64,000 bases of DNA, taken from positions 3,224,001 to 3,288,000 of the forward strand of contig NC_135658.1 of NCBI RefSeq assembly GCF_964188315.1, written 5' to 3'. The notes beneath the pieces are model-generated. The model had not been told where the DNA came from and ran no database searches. It saw nothing but the letters and a program-made list of their open reading frames with translations. The position numbers and the translations under genes are program-made. Shown here in pieces: positions 11,700 to 24,346 of the stretch; positions within the stretch are counted from its first letter, which is position 1; every line of letters begins with the position of its first letter. This DNA is from Podarcis muralis (Eukaryota).

Positions 11700-12285
11700 C
11701 CATATTTTTCACTCTATAGGATGCACTTTTCCTCCTCCAAAAACGAAGGGGAAATGTGTGTGCGTCCTATGGAGCAAATGCAGGCTTTCGCTGAAGCCTG
11801 GAGAGCGAGAGGGGTCGGTGCGCACTGACCCCTCTCGCTCCCTGGGCTTCAGGCAGCTATCCGCAAGCCTTTGGAGCGAGGCAGGAGTTCCCGCCGGGCT
11901 CCGAAGGCTTGCGGATAGCAGCCTGCAGCCTGAAGCCCGGGGAGCGCAGCGCCAACTCCCCGGGCTTCAGGTAGCTCCCGGACCTGTTCTGGGGGCTGGG
12001 GTCAGGGGAAGCTCGGGCTTCACTGGCCCCAGCCCTGCGGCTAAAAATGAAGCCAAGACAGCCAGTGGGATCCATCCTGCTGGCTGTCTTGGCTTCTGCC
12101 AAAGCCGCGCGCAGCCTCTCCCGGCTGGAGAGGTTGCACGTGGCTAAAGTGGATGGATCCCGCTGGCTGTCTTGGCTTCTTTGCTCTTTGGGGCTGGGGG
12201 GGAATAATTTTTTTTCTTTATCCCCCCCCCCTAAAAACTAGGTGCGCCCTGTGGTCCGGTGCGCCCTATGGAGCAAAAAATACGG
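11700..12285. mobile_element. Non-autonomous Tc1/mariner-superfamily (Tc2-like) DNA transposon
   Basis: Termini CCATATTTTT and AAAAAATACGG flanked by TA. GC-rich interior with internal hairpins. Confidence 0.75.
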
Positions 12286-12835
12286 TAACTCTGGGCATAG
12301 TCATGCTTAGAGTTTCATTAGAATGACGCCGTCATTTAGTGTTTGCTCACAAAACACACACAAAAATCCTGAAGGGGCAAAATAATAACAATGGAAAGTT
12401 TCACCATAAGTCAAAGGCCAAATGAATTGGTGAGCGAAGTGGTCCTTTACTGGTGACCAGGGCAGGCTCCATGCCACAGAATCATAGAACTGTAGAGTTG
12501 GAAGGGACCCCAGGGTCATCTATGTTGAATGGTTTCTTTAAATGTAAAGGTTCCTCATTGTTCCACCCGATGTGTATGTCTTTAAGGGGCCAGAGCAAGA
12601 TAACAAGACCCAGCTTTACAGCTGTGAAACATAGCAGGTGCTGCTGAGTTGTATTGATTAAGCTGTGTAGTATATAAGGAGCAGCACCTAGCTCTCCCAT
12701 TACCCTGGAGGATGGGTTGGTGGTTGGGTCTGGTTTGTTGTTGATGTATTTAGTGTAAAAGGAGTTTTTGCTTTTGTTATTAAAACCTTGTTTAAGTTAT
12801 TTTTGAGTCCCTTTTTAATGCATGGTCTCCCCAGC

Positions 12836-13107
12836 AAGAAGAAGAAGAAGAAGAAGAAGAAGAAGAAGAGTTTGGATTTGATATCCCGCCTTTCACTCCC
12901 CTTCAGGAGTCTCAAAGCGGCTAACATTCTCCTTTCCCTTCCTCCCCCACAACAAACACTCTGTGAGGTGAGTGGGGCTGAGAGACTTCAGAGAAGTGTG
13001 ACTGGCCCAAGGTCACCCAGCAGCTGCATGTGGAGGAGCGGAGACGCAAACCCGGTTACCCAGATTACGTGACTACCGCTCTTAACCACTACACCACACT
13101 GGCTCTC
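12836..13107 (-). mobile_element. tRNA-derived SINE (Squam3-type)
   Basis: Reverse complement of the 4905-5172 family, with a long (AAG)n tail. Confidence 0.88.
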
Positions 13108-14462
13108 AGCGCTACCATACTGCAAATAGCCAACAATCTAAACCCTGCAGGAATCTCAATGAAAGCATCCATGATGATGACCACCCAACACCTGCTTAAA
13201 AGCCTCCAATGTCTCTTCTTCACTTCTTAGAACACCTAGTGTTATTAATTTTTATTGTTGAAAAATACTTTATTATATTTTGCTTAGGTTCATGGAGGGA
13301 GATGGACCCTGTGGAGATGCTGTTCATCCACAGTCTGACATTTCTGACACTGGCTCTCCCCGCTGTCCTTCTCTCTGAGGCTTGCAATCTTCCCTCTCCA
13401 CTTTCTCCTTCCTCTTTGCCTCCACCCTGAGGTCTCCCTTCTGCTTCTTCTTCATGGCTCTCCTCTGCTAACTCACCCTTCCTCCAGCCTCCCTACTCTT
13501 CTTACTGCTCCTTGCCTTCATATTCACTGGCTCAGTATTCTGTGGCATCACAGGAGCAGGCATTGCACTCATAACTTAAGAGGTACCTCAAGATAAAACG
13601 GAGACATTGATTTGAAGTGCGCACACATCACACGTACCTTTTACCTGCACAAATTCCTTTATGAGAGCTTGGCTGCAGCAGCCAGAGCCAGCCTTCCAGG
13701 TGACGGTTGTAGTGGAGGAGAAGAAGAGAATAAGGCATGAGGGAGGCAGGAGGCAGGCAGAGGGAGAAGGAACCCTGGTGCCCTAGGCTACAAAATGAGT
13801 GAGGAAATGGAGGTTGATGGAGGAAGAAGAAACTCCAACTGTGGAAGGGAGGAGAGAGGCTGACAGAGAGATGCAGGCGGAAGAAAAACGCTGGAATCGT
13901 GCTGCAGGTTCCACTTGCCTCTCTCTCTGTCTGCTTTCCCCCTCTCTTCCACAGCCAAGGAATCCAGGTTTCTTCGTCCTGGGATTTCCTCTGTTTCTTC
14001 TTCCTCTGGCAGTGGAGAAAAAGGTTCCTGCCCTTCCATCAGACAGCTTTCAGCTATGCATGATTTTGTGTATCCATGGTGCCTCTGGACGGGAACTCTC
14101 ACATGAGCAATGATCACACAGTACTGAGAAACAGACCCTGGTCAATGGAGAGAGATGGGGAAAGCACATGCCTCACAATTGCAAAAGCTGACTTCAACTA
14201 TGGCTATCATGCCCACATTTATATGAAGACAAAGGGAATCTGCAGGTAACCCAAAATGGGCCTTAGGATCTGTCGAAGGCGAAATCACTGCCAGAGACAT
14301 GGAGGTGGGTGTCTGGAAAGTCAGCCCTGAATAAGATGGTAGTCAGGACCAGAACAATGTTCAAGTAAAAGTGGGGTTGGGAGGCAAAGTAGAATGAACC
14401 TCAGTGTTCATGGCTCAGGGCAGCAAGGCATGACTGGAGAAGAGTATGGCATTGTATCTGGG

Positions 14463-15425
14463 TCAATGAGGGCCTCCCTCCCTCCCTATCCTCATTATCC
14501 TCAATGCCCTTTCTCGTATCTCCTTGGTCCTGGCTCCATAGACAATGGGGTTGAGCACTGGAGGCACCAAGAGGTAGACGTTGCCCATTGTGACATGAAC
14601 CAGCACAGGAAGGTCTCTCCCAAACCTGTGCACCACAGACAGCCCAATCAGGGGCACGTAGAAGGACAAGACAACACACACATGGGCCACACAGGTCCCA
14701 GAAGCCCGGAGGCGCTCCTCCTTTGACTTCAGCTGCAGGACGGTCTTAATGATCATCACGTAGGAGACAGAGATGAGCAGAGAATCAAGACCCATCACCA
14801 GGAGAATGGCAGCCAAGCCATATACAACGTTGGGCAGCTTGTCATTACAAGCAAGGTGCATCACGTCTTGGTGAACACAATAGGAATGTGTGAGGACAGT
14901 GGAGCCGCAGAGGTCCAGGCGGATGATCAGCAATGGAAAAGGGAGGAAGAAGATGACCCCTCTCACCAGGGCCACGAAGCCCACTTTAGCCGTCACTGCA
15001 TTGGTGTGGATGGCAGCATGCCTCAGAGGGTGGCAGATGGCCACATAGCGATCCACAGCCATGGCCAAGAGGATGGTGGACTCAATGCCTGATAGCGCGT
15101 GGATGAAGAACATCTGGAGAAGGCAACTCCCATAGCTGATCTCATTGGCATCAAACCAAAAGAAGGCGAGGAGTTTGGGCATGGTAGAGGTGGAGAGTGC
15201 CAGGTCCACAGCAGCCAGCATGCAGAGGAAGAAGTACATGGGTGTGTGGAGGGCTGGCTCTGTCTTCACAACAAGCACCACCATGCAGTTGCCCACCACG
15301 GCCACAAGGTACATGGCGCAGAGAGGGAAGGCCAGCCAGAATTGGGCACCTTCCAGGCCAGGTAGGCCCATCAAGATGAACGAGAAAGAGTCGCCATGAG
15401 TTCTGTTAGTGGCTGACAACGACAT
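14463..15425 (-). CDS. OR51E2-like: OR51E2-like class I olfactory receptor, copy A, 320 aa
   Basis: HSYCVHQDVM, PNVVYGLAAILLVMG and FYVPLIGLSVVHRFG match human OR51E2 as recalled. Splice acceptor ttccctttcAG about 35 nt upstream of the ATG. Confidence 0.95.
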   Translation of the reverse strand: MSLSATNRTHGDSFSFILMGLPGLEGAQFWLAFPLCAMYLVAVVGNCMVVLVVKTEPALHTPMYFFLCMLAAVDLALSTSTMPKLLAFFWFDANEISYGSCLLQMFFIHALSGIESTILLAMAVDRYVAICHPLRHAAIHTNAVTAKVGFVALVRGVIFFLPFPLLIIRLDLCGSTVLTHSYCVHQDVMHLACNDKLPNVVYGLAAILLVMGLDSLLISVSYVMIIKTVLQLKSKEERLRASGTCVAHVCVVLSFYVPLIGLSVVHRFGRDLPVLVHVTMGNVYLLVPPVLNPIVYGARTKEIRERALRIMRIGREGGPH

Positions 15426-16059
15426 GTCCGGTGTGATGCCCTTATGTTGTTCTACGCAGCTGAAAGGGAAGGAGATGGTAGTTTAACAGTGTCAAACTGG
15501 GTTTGATTCCATGGAACCAAAATGTTCTCTCCATAAGAGCAAGGCACAAGGCAGCATCTGTTTCTTACTCATTTCATCACTCACTCACTCTCTTTCTCTC
15601 CCCCCTCCCATTGTTGCCTTCTTTACTGATTACATACTGCATGATTAACCAGCAGGACTCATTGTCCAGGCCTGATGTGTTGGGCAGTAGGACAAGAGCG
15701 CTTAAGAAACCATTTGTGCTCTTTGATGGATGCATCCCATAACTCCAGGAGCAGTATCCTGTTCTCAAGGCGGCCAAACAAATGCCTGTGGTAAACTAGG
15801 GAGCAGAACATGAGCACAAGAGCAGCCCTCTCCCGTCCTGAGGGCAACTGATATAATATAAATATATTTAAGGCAAATAAAATGCCCAATTTCAGACTCA
15901 GCAGGAGGGGGTTCCAGGTCTCAGGGGGAATGTTAGTCTATCAGAAACTAGAAGTCTGCCTTAATCCCAAGAAAAACTCCCCACTCCATACCTTTGAGGG
16001 ACCGCTCTCCAGCGCCAGTCGCTGTTTGGACCTCACACAGCCAACACAACTGAGAGAAG

Positions 16060-16110
16060 GAAAGAGATTTATAGAAAGCAAAGCCGCTAGGGGCCAATTT
16101 GTTACCTCTA
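16060..16110 (-). promoter_or_regulatory. Putative promoter of OR51E2-like copy A
   Basis: Minus-strand TATAAA (tttata at 16068-16073) in a block conserved with 23220-23270. Confidence 0.35.
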
Positions 16111-16765
16111 AGGAACCTGCTGAAGGGTGTGCCACAATGCAATGTATCTAGACATTTCTTTTATGCTGAGGCTGTTTGGCATATAGAATCATAGAACTGT
16201 AGTGCTGGAAGGGAACTCAAAGAGGCATCCCAAATCTGCAATGCTGGGAATCTCAGCTAAAGCACCCAAGACCACCCAAGGCCACCCAACCTCTGCTTCA
16301 AAACCTCCAAGGAAGGAGAGCCCACCACCTTCAGAAGGAGTCCATTCCACTGTCGAACTGCTCTTCCCATCAAAAAACTCTTCCTAATGTTTAGTCAGAA
16401 TTGTTAAGCATAATTGTGTCATGTACATTGAAACAGAAAATATATCTATAATGTGCCTGTATTGTAATGTGAGGCATGGCAGGAAATTTCCATTGGAGCT
16501 AAAGAAGAGCCTAACAGGTTTATCATTAATGGGGCTGCATCATGGGACTGTATGTCTTCTAGCTTAGTCACATGAAATGGATTGTGTTACAGGTTTATGC
16601 ATATGCTAATCTGCAGGCATCCACCTTTGGTGGGGTGCTTTCTTTGTTCCAAGCTGCTGAAGAGAATGGACTGTGAGTCTCTGCCTCCAGCAAACAGCCT
16701 GGGGCTAATGGAGGCTGCAGTGGAGAAGAGAGTGAACTTTGATTTTTAGCTCAGGATGCAATATA

Positions 16766-16991
16766 CAGTGGTACCTCAGGTTAAGAACTTAATTCGTTCT
16801 GGAGGTCCGTTCTTAGCGTGAAACTGTTCTTAACCTGAGGTACCACTTTAGCTAATGGGGCCTCCAGCTGCCGCTGCGCCGCCACCACACGATTTCTGTT
16901 CTCATCCTGAAGCAAAGTTCTTAACCCAAGGTACTATTTCTGGGTTAGCGGAGACTGTAACCTGAAGCGTCTGTAACCCAAGATACCACTA
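16766..16991. mobile_element. Tigger/pogo-like MITE
   Basis: TA|CAGTGGTACCTC start with a degenerate inverted end. Same family at 42767-43007 and 46465-46689. Confidence 0.82.
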
Positions 16992-17552
16992 TATTTGTAA
17001 TCTAAGATAGGCCTTAGGCTGGGATCAGTATAAATAATTATGCATCTAATGGAATGTAACTTTATTTGCTTTAAGTTGTTTGGAGTTAAGTTCTGAGTAA
17101 GTAAAACTTTTGGGACATATTTTTGGACTGAATAATTTTCATTTCAATACAAGAGTCAGTTTTTGTTCACCCAACGGCTTCCATATGCACCATATTTCCC
17201 CCACTGGTACCAAATAGATCTTTCTGGCCCTCTTCTTCCACCTGCCTTCTCCTCTGCACCCACCAAAAGATGCTTTAGGCTTTAAAAAAGAAAAAGAAAA
17301 GAAAACAAAAAACAACAGGCCAACAACCCATGGAGGAAAGAATCAGAGACATTTCCATAATGTGTGGCTTGACTCATGAGAAGGTGCAGCTCCTGCCAAC
17401 TTGTTTAGAGGTGACAACATTAAGAACATGAGAAGGTCAGTCCAATGGTCCCTCTAATCCAGCACCCTGCTCTTGCCGGCCAGCCAGATGTCCCAATGGG
17501 AAGCTTGTTAGAAGGACAGGAGCAACACAACACTGGGGTGACTGGGGGCAGC

Positions 17553-17818
17553 CACTGAGACCATATAACACCTGTCCTGAAAGACCTACATTGGCTCCCA
17601 GTATGTTTCCGAGCACAATTCAAAGTGTTGGTGCTGACCTTGAAAGCCCTAAACGGCCTCGATCCAGTAGACCTGAAGGAGCGTCTCCACCCCCATAGTT
17701 CTACCTGGACACTGAGGTCCAGCTCCGAGGGCCTTCTGGTGGTTCCCTCCCTGCAAGAAGTGAGGTTAAAGGGAACCAGGCAGAGGGCCTTCTCAGTGGT
17801 GGCGCCCGCCCTGTGGAA
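17553..17818 (+). mobile_element. L2 LINE fragment
   Basis: Encodes LVLTLKALNGL and RAFSVVAPALW. Similar to 9930-10334. Confidence 0.82.
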
Positions 17819-18390
17819 AGAGTCCAGTGGTGGAGATGGAAGGTAGCCATTGCAGCTAAGAGCCATTGATAGCCTCCTCCTTAATGAAGTTGTTTAATCC
17901 TTGTTTAAAGCTGCCCCAGTTGGTGGCCATCACTGCAGCTTTCCTCGATAGGCTTCCCTATGTGGGGATTCAAGTCTCCTAAAGAGGCAACGCAGGCAGA
18001 CACAATAAGCTCAAGGGTAGCTTTTATCCACCTTGTGACAGGTTTCCAGAAAGAGGGGAACAAATCTGCACACCGTATTTCCAGGGGCCAAAAGTAAATT
18101 ACACCTGGGTCTGTTTTAAATTATGGAGGAAACCCATCGTGCGTTTTTCAAAACAATATCCACAGTATGTGGGAAATGGCGGAGAAATGAGGATGAGGAT
18201 AATGAGAATGAGAATTTATTCCAGCAAAAGATTAAAAATATACATTAAAACATCAGTATTAAAAACTTCCCTGAACAGGGCTGCCTTCAGATGTCTTCTA
18301 AGGGAGATAGTCTTCTGAGGGACCCTTTTCTGCCATCGAGAGGGAGAGTCCTTCTCCATCTTGCCTTTCTTGGAGCATGAAACTTTCTCT

Positions 18391-18692
18391 TTCGGATATT
18401 TTTTATTAGTTATCAATTACAACAATCCAATAAAAGCCTCATTATAACAATACCAAATTATAATAGAATTGCTAATACCAATCATTCAGATGCCAAATTA
18501 TACCATTTAGGTGCTAGAATTGATCTTTTGATGATTTACTTTATTTCTGCATTCCAAAATGTTACTGATTTCCAGTCAACGAACAATCCCTTATACAGCA
18601 ACTGCAATTTTAATGACTTCCCTTCGTATTGACACATTAAGCGATTTATAGAGCTACAGGTGAAGCATTCAGACTATATCCTTGTTCTTCCT
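18391..18692 (-). mobile_element. L1-like LINE 3' end
   Basis: 18-bp TSD GAGCATGAAACTTTCTCT at 18373-18390 and 18693-18710. The empty site is visible in the paralogous unit near 23840. Confidence 0.78.
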
Positions 18693-20172
18693 GAGCATGA
18701 AACTTTCTCTACCCTGCCTCACAAACAAAGATGAGTAAGGGCGAGTTCAGGAGAGATACAAATAGATTTCCTGTTTTGTGTAGTGAATTCTGTATCATTT
18801 ATCACCAACACAGTGGCTGATAACCCTTTTCCCAGACATCCCTGTATAACACTGAGGTTGGTTCCTAAGAAACTCCCTTTGGCGGGTACTGCTGTTACTG
18901 TATTTATTTGTTATATTATTTATCTGCCTTTCTCCCAGAACTGGGACTCATGGCAGCTTACAAAAATTAAAGCAAGCTCGGCTCAAACACAAACGCTCTA
19001 AAAACAAATATAGTATAATAGTTAAATAGGAATTCATAATGGAATTTAAACAATGCAAAAAAACTAATCGATTGAAATGCAGATAGCGAAAAAACTAAAA
19101 ACCTAATCCATTTGCTTCTACAATGAGACCTACTTGGGACCACTTTGTTGACCCATTTTTTGTGGGGCATCTGCACAATATTGTGATCACAGCGTTCCCT
19201 CCTCAATGCTTTCTTTCCCTGTTTAACTTTCTCCCCAACCACCCTGAGCTCAGAAAATCTAACAGAATGGAATAGCCACACAATTTCCCCAGGTGGAGAT
19301 GACCCAAAACTCAGAGGGGCAAAATGCTTGTCAACACACACACAGAGAAGAAAATATGGTCATTTTTGTCAGGAAGTGACATTTTTTCTTATGATTCTTT
19401 GCCTCTTCAGGAGCTGGCCTAAAAACAATAGCAAAAAACACCTTAAACATTATGCAGCGCCCCTCCACCCGAAAGGGAGGAAATTCCTACCCAATGTATG
19501 TTGTGTTTTGGGATGTCTTGACACCGGAGTGATGTAACACAGCGGTGGGGGTGCAGCCTGAGTGCAGCGTGGATGTGGTACTAATTTTGTTTAATTTATT
19601 TATTAAATCTATATTGCAACCTTCCTCCCAAAGGAGCTCAGGGTGGCATACAACAAGAGAACAATAACATACGGTAATATTTAAAAGAATTCCAATACAG
19701 ATGCAGATTTAAAATGCTTGATGGAAGAGGAAGGTCTTAACAGAGATGGTGCCTGCCTCATATATAGGGCAGGGATGTCCAAAGGCGTCACCACACTAAA
19801 GGTCCGATTCCTTCAATGTGTGGGGTGGACCTCTTGATAAGATGGTTTCTGCAGGAGGCCCTCACCCGCAAAGCACAGTAATTGGTTGGGTGTATGAGCG
19901 CTGAGATGTTCTATCAGGTGCGAGCTTCAGTCTCCAGGAAATGGTAAGGCAACCACACAGGAAAGATGGCTACCAGGGTCTTGCAGATCCTGAGAGCCGC
20001 CTGGAAGGACGCATGGCTATTGACTTATGGGAGGCTTAGAGATACAGCAGATCAGTGCACAGTTTGTCTAATGAGAACCATGATCTTAAAGGTTGACCAA
20101 GAACATCTGTCTAGATACACTGCTAAGTGGAATATTCTAGGATAATCTGTTCTAAATATATATATATCTGGG

Positions 20173-21135
20173 TCAATGAGAACCTCCCTCCCTCCCTATC
20201 CTCATTATCCTCAATGCCCTTTCTCGTATCTCCTTGGTCCTGGCTCCATAGACAATGGGGTTGAGAACTGGAGGCACCAAGAGGTAGACGTTGCCCATTG
20301 TGACATGAACCAGCACAGGAAGGTCTCTCCCAAACCTGTGCACCACAGACAGCCCAATCAGGGGCACGTAGAAGGACAAGACAACACACACATGGGCCAC
20401 ACAGGTCCCCGAAGCCCGGAGGCGCTCTTCCTTTGATCTCAGCTGCAGGACGGTCTTAATGATCATCAAGTAGGAGATAAAGATGAGCAAAGAATCAAGG
20501 CCCATCACCAGGAGAATAGCAGTCAAGCCATATACAATGTTGGGCATTCTGTCCCCACAAGCCAGGTGCATCACATCTTGGTGAACACAATAGGAATGTG
20601 TGAGGACAGTGGAGCCGCAGAAGTACAGGCGAATGATCAGCAATGGAGGAGGGAGGAAGAAGACGACTCCTCTCACCACGGCCACCAAGCCCACTTTAGC
20701 CGTCACTGCGTTGGTGAGGATGGAGGAGTGCTGCAGAGGGTGGCAGATGGCCACATAGCGATCCACAGCCATGGCCAAGAGGATGGTGGACTCAATGCCT
20801 GAAAGAGTGTGGATGAAGAACATCTGGAGAAGGCAACTCCCATAGCTGATCTCATTGGCATCAAACCAAAAGAAGGCGAGGAGTTTGGGCATGGTGCAGG
20901 TGGAGAGAACTAGGTCCACGGCAGCCAGCATGCAGAGGAAGAAGTACATGGGCGTGTGGAGGGCTGGCTCTGTCTTCACGACAAGCACCACCGTGCAGTT
21001 GCCCACCACGGCCACAAGGTACATGGCGCAGAGAGGGAAGGCCAGCCAGAATTGGGCACCTTCCAGGCCAGGTAAGCCCATCAAGATGAACGAGAAGGAG
21101 TCGCCATGAGTTCTGTTGGTGGCGGACAATGACAT
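20173..21135 (-). CDS. OR51E2-like: OR51E2-like class I olfactory receptor, copy B, 320 aa
   Basis: Intact ORF with the same OR51E2 signature motifs. TM4 reads FFLPPP. Confidence 0.95.
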   Translation of the reverse strand: MSLSATNRTHGDSFSFILMGLPGLEGAQFWLAFPLCAMYLVAVVGNCTVVLVVKTEPALHTPMYFFLCMLAAVDLVLSTCTMPKLLAFFWFDANEISYGSCLLQMFFIHTLSGIESTILLAMAVDRYVAICHPLQHSSILTNAVTAKVGLVAVVRGVVFFLPPPLLIIRLYFCGSTVLTHSYCVHQDVMHLACGDRMPNIVYGLTAILLVMGLDSLLIFISYLMIIKTVLQLRSKEERLRASGTCVAHVCVVLSFYVPLIGLSVVHRFGRDLPVLVHVTMGNVYLLVPPVLNPIVYGARTKEIRERALRIMRIGREGGSH

Positions 21136-21409
21136 GATTGGCCTGAAGCCCTGTGAGTGCTACTCACCTGAAAGAGAAGGAGAGGGTAGATTCACAATGC
21201 CAAATAGGGTTTGATTCCATGAAACCAAAATGCCCTCCTGTCTCTAATTGTAAGCCATGAGGCAGCATCTGTCTCTCTCTTTCTCTATCATCCCCCCCCC
21301 CATTGTAGCCTTCTTTACTGATCACATAATGCATCTTGACCAGCAGGACTCATTGTTCAGGCCTGATGTGTTGGGCATTAGGGCAAGACAGTTTGAGAAA
21401 CGATTTGTG

Positions 21410-21742
21410 ACTTTTTAATAATTTTTATTAAATTTTCAGTTTTACAATTTCAAATACTCATTTTACATCCTTAAGATATGAATGACTTCCCTTCTTCTCT
21501 TTCATGGTTCATTTTACATGTCTTAAACCCCTGCATATTTTACAAAAACTATTCCAATCAGTTTTCCATAATTGCATCCATCAAAACCTATTTACACTAT
21601 TGAATTGATCTTAATGCTGCCAACGTTTTCAGCTGTATACAATTATTCCCCATATATTCAATAAAGGTTTTCCAATCTTCTCTAAACATATGTTCTTCTT
21701 GTTCTCTTATTCTATATGCTAAGTCTGCAAGTTGTGCAGATT
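21410..21742 (-). mobile_element. L1-like LINE 3' end
   Basis: 14-bp TSD AGAAACGATTTGTG at 21396-21409 and 21743-21756. A-rich tail with AATAAA on the minus strand. Absent from the paralogous region upstream of copy A. Confidence 0.8.
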
Positions 21743-22494
21743 AGAAACGATTTGTGTCTTCAGGTAGATACACCCCACAACTCCAGGAGCAGCTGCTGAG
21801 GAGCAACATGGCCACAGACCATGGACAGTGGTCACTGCTGCACATAAAGGTTGAGTGAGCTTGGGACACTGTGCGTCCACCAGCGGTTGTCTTGGATTGT
21901 ACCTGCCGGTCCACTCCCTGCCCCACCTGGTGCATAAGGGGCCTTGTGAGGATGAAAAAGACCTTTTCCTCCTTGGGGTCTTGAGAACCCACCAAATGGA
22001 ATCCGAGTAAAGAACCATTCTAAGGCTCTTGAGGGCTCATTCAGGGTCTTATTGGGAACAAGAAACGCGGCGGAGCATTTTTGTTGGTTTTGTTAAAAAG
22101 AGGCAAGCTTGGCCATTGGCAACAGGAGCCTGCAATAGCCATTCCCAGAAGCACCGAACCAGCTCTTCTGCTTGATGAACTTTCCCTCAGTGCCTGAAAT
22201 CTAATGGAACGAGTTTTATAATGGCTTGTCAAAAGAAGTCTATTGTGGTCAGCAACAGTGCTATTCAACATTTCCCACAGGTCTTCAAATTAGAAGAGCC
22301 TGGCTGCTGGATCAGGGCAATGATCCATCTGGTATAGCATCCTCTTCTCCCAGTGGCCAGCCAGATGCCTGTGAGAAACCAGCAAGCAAGATTCGAGCAC
22401 AGGAGCCCTCCTCTGGTTCCCAGCAACTGATATAATATAAATATATTTAATACAAATAAAATGCCCATCTTCGGACTAAGCAGGAGAGGGTTCC

Positions 22495-23104
22495 AGCTGG
22501 GGTTGGATGGATCAGTTGGTTAAAGTCTGGTGCTGATAACACCAAGGTTGCAGGTTTGATCCCCACGGTCAGGGGAAAAACAATGCTGTCCAGGGTTGTA
22601 AAGACTGCGGAGAGAATCATTGGGTGCACTCTTCCCACCTTGGATCAAATCTACGCTTCCAGGTGCCACAAGAAAGCTGCAGAGATAGCGCAGGATAGTG
22701 CGCACCCTGGAAATGATCTCTTTCAGCTTCTGCCTTCTGGAAGAAGCTACAGGGTTATAAAGACTAGGACTAGCCAACTGAGAAACCGTTTCTATTCAAA
22801 TGTGATTTTGGTTTTAAACGCAGTGTAAGGTAGTCTCTATGGGAGTATATTGTATTTAATTATGGGGTATCAGAGTTTTTAGGGGGCTAACCAGGCTGGG
22901 ATAGCAGGCTTGTCGGTTTTTGAATGTCTGGTGTATATTTTTTCAATTTCGTTGTTCTGTATGGGACAATGACAATAAAGACTATAGCATCATATCGTAT
23001 CGTATTGAACAGCTGCCTATTCCTGCACTGCAAGAGGTTGGACGGCATGATCCTCAGGGTCCCTTCCAACTCTTTGACTCTATGATCCTATACTTCTATG
23101 ATTC
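22495..23104 (+). mobile_element. tRNA-Ile-derived SINE with CR1-type tail, split by a nested LINE
   Basis: Head TCAGTTGGTTAAAGTCTGGTGCTGATAACACCAAGGTTGCAGGTTTGATCCCC resembles tRNA-Ile. The tail resumes near 23006 and ends in a CR1-like CTATGATTCTA. Confidence 0.65.
22565..23005 (+). mobile_element. Rex1/Babar-type LINE 3' fragment
   Basis: Encodes RVVKTAERIIGCTLP and LLPSGRSYRVIKTRTSQLRNRFY. Ends GACAATAAAG plus (TATCG)n. Second copy at 41082-41675. Confidence 0.7.
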
Positions 23105-23219
23105 TAGTACCAAGAAGAAACCCCCCCTCAACATACCTTCGAGAGAACGCTCTGCAGCAGCAGTCGCTGTGTGGACCCTGCCTGCACAACCTCACACAGC
23201 CAACACAGCTGTGCAAAGG

Positions 23220-23270
23220 AGATGCATTTATAGACAGCCCAGTCCCTGGGGGCCAATTTGTTACCTCTGA
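23220..23270 (-). promoter_or_regulatory. Putative promoter of OR51E2-like copy B
   Basis: Minus-strand TATAAA (23227-23232) next to an O/E-like TCCCTGGGGG (23243-23252). Conserved with copy A. Confidence 0.4.
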
Positions 23271-24346
23271 GAAACCAGCTACGGATTCCAAACTGAAGGA
23301 TCTGCCCTAATCTAATACATACAGACATTTCTTTTATGCCGAGGCTGTTTTGCACATGGAATCAAGGGACTGTAGAGTCCAACCCTTTACAATGTAATGT
23401 CATTGAAAGCCTCCTCCACAAATTTGTCTAATCCTTGTTTGAAGCTACCCCCGTTGGTGACCATCACTACAGCTTTCCCCAATAGGCTTCTTCTGAAGTG
23501 TATGTGGGGATTCAAGTCTCCTAAAGAGGCAATGCAGATAGATGTAATCTAAAAGGTAGTTTTTATTCACCACACAACAAGTTTCCAGAAAGGTAGGAAC
23601 AAATGTGCATACAATATTTCCAGAGGCCCAATTCAGTTTGCCAAAAGTTAATTATACTTCGGTTTGTTTAAAATTATGGAATAAACCCATCATGCATTTT
23701 TCAATTTATTATCAACAGTCTGAGGAAAGTGGGAGAGAGATAGAGAGAGGGGGGGAGGGAGGGAGGGCGGGAGGGTCTCTCAAGGGACCCTTTTCTGTCA
23801 CCTACAGGGAGAGTCCTCCTCCACCTTGCCTTTCCTGGAGCATGAAGCTCTCTCTAGCCACCTCACAAGCAACAATGAGTATAAGTGGGTTTAGGAGACT
23901 TCCTATTCTGCACAATAAATTCCATAGCATTTATCACCTACATAGTGGTGGACAAGCCTTTTGTTTCACATCCCTGAATAATACCGAGGTAGGTCACTAA
24001 GAAACACCTTTTCGGGGGCCTCTTTCTGCAGGAGGCCCTTGTCCACGGAGCTCAGTGATCAGTTGGGTAGAGGACAGATCCTTCAGGTATGAGCTTCAGT
24101 CTCCAGAAAATGGTGTGGCAACTACAGAAGAAGCATGGCTACTAGGGTCTTGCAGCTACTGAGAGCTGCCTGGAAGGACACATGGCCATTGACTTACAGT
24201 GGCTTGGAGATGCAGCAGTGCACAGCTTTGTTCTGCCTGATTTGTCTAACAAGGACTGTGATCTTAAAGGTTGACCAAGCACAGCTGTACAGATGAGCTG
24301 TTGGTGAAATAACTCTAGGATAATCTGTTCTAAAGAAAATTCTGGG

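Noticed and set aside
12811-12822. CTTTTTAATGC, resembling the OR enhancer core ACTTTTTAATGA
   Set aside because: Mismatched at the key homeodomain base, single copy, next to a SINE tail.
22495-22565. tRNA-Ile(GAT)-like sequence
   Set aside because: Degenerate, lacks an acceptor stem, and continues into a CR1-type tail. It is a SINE head, not a tRNA gene.
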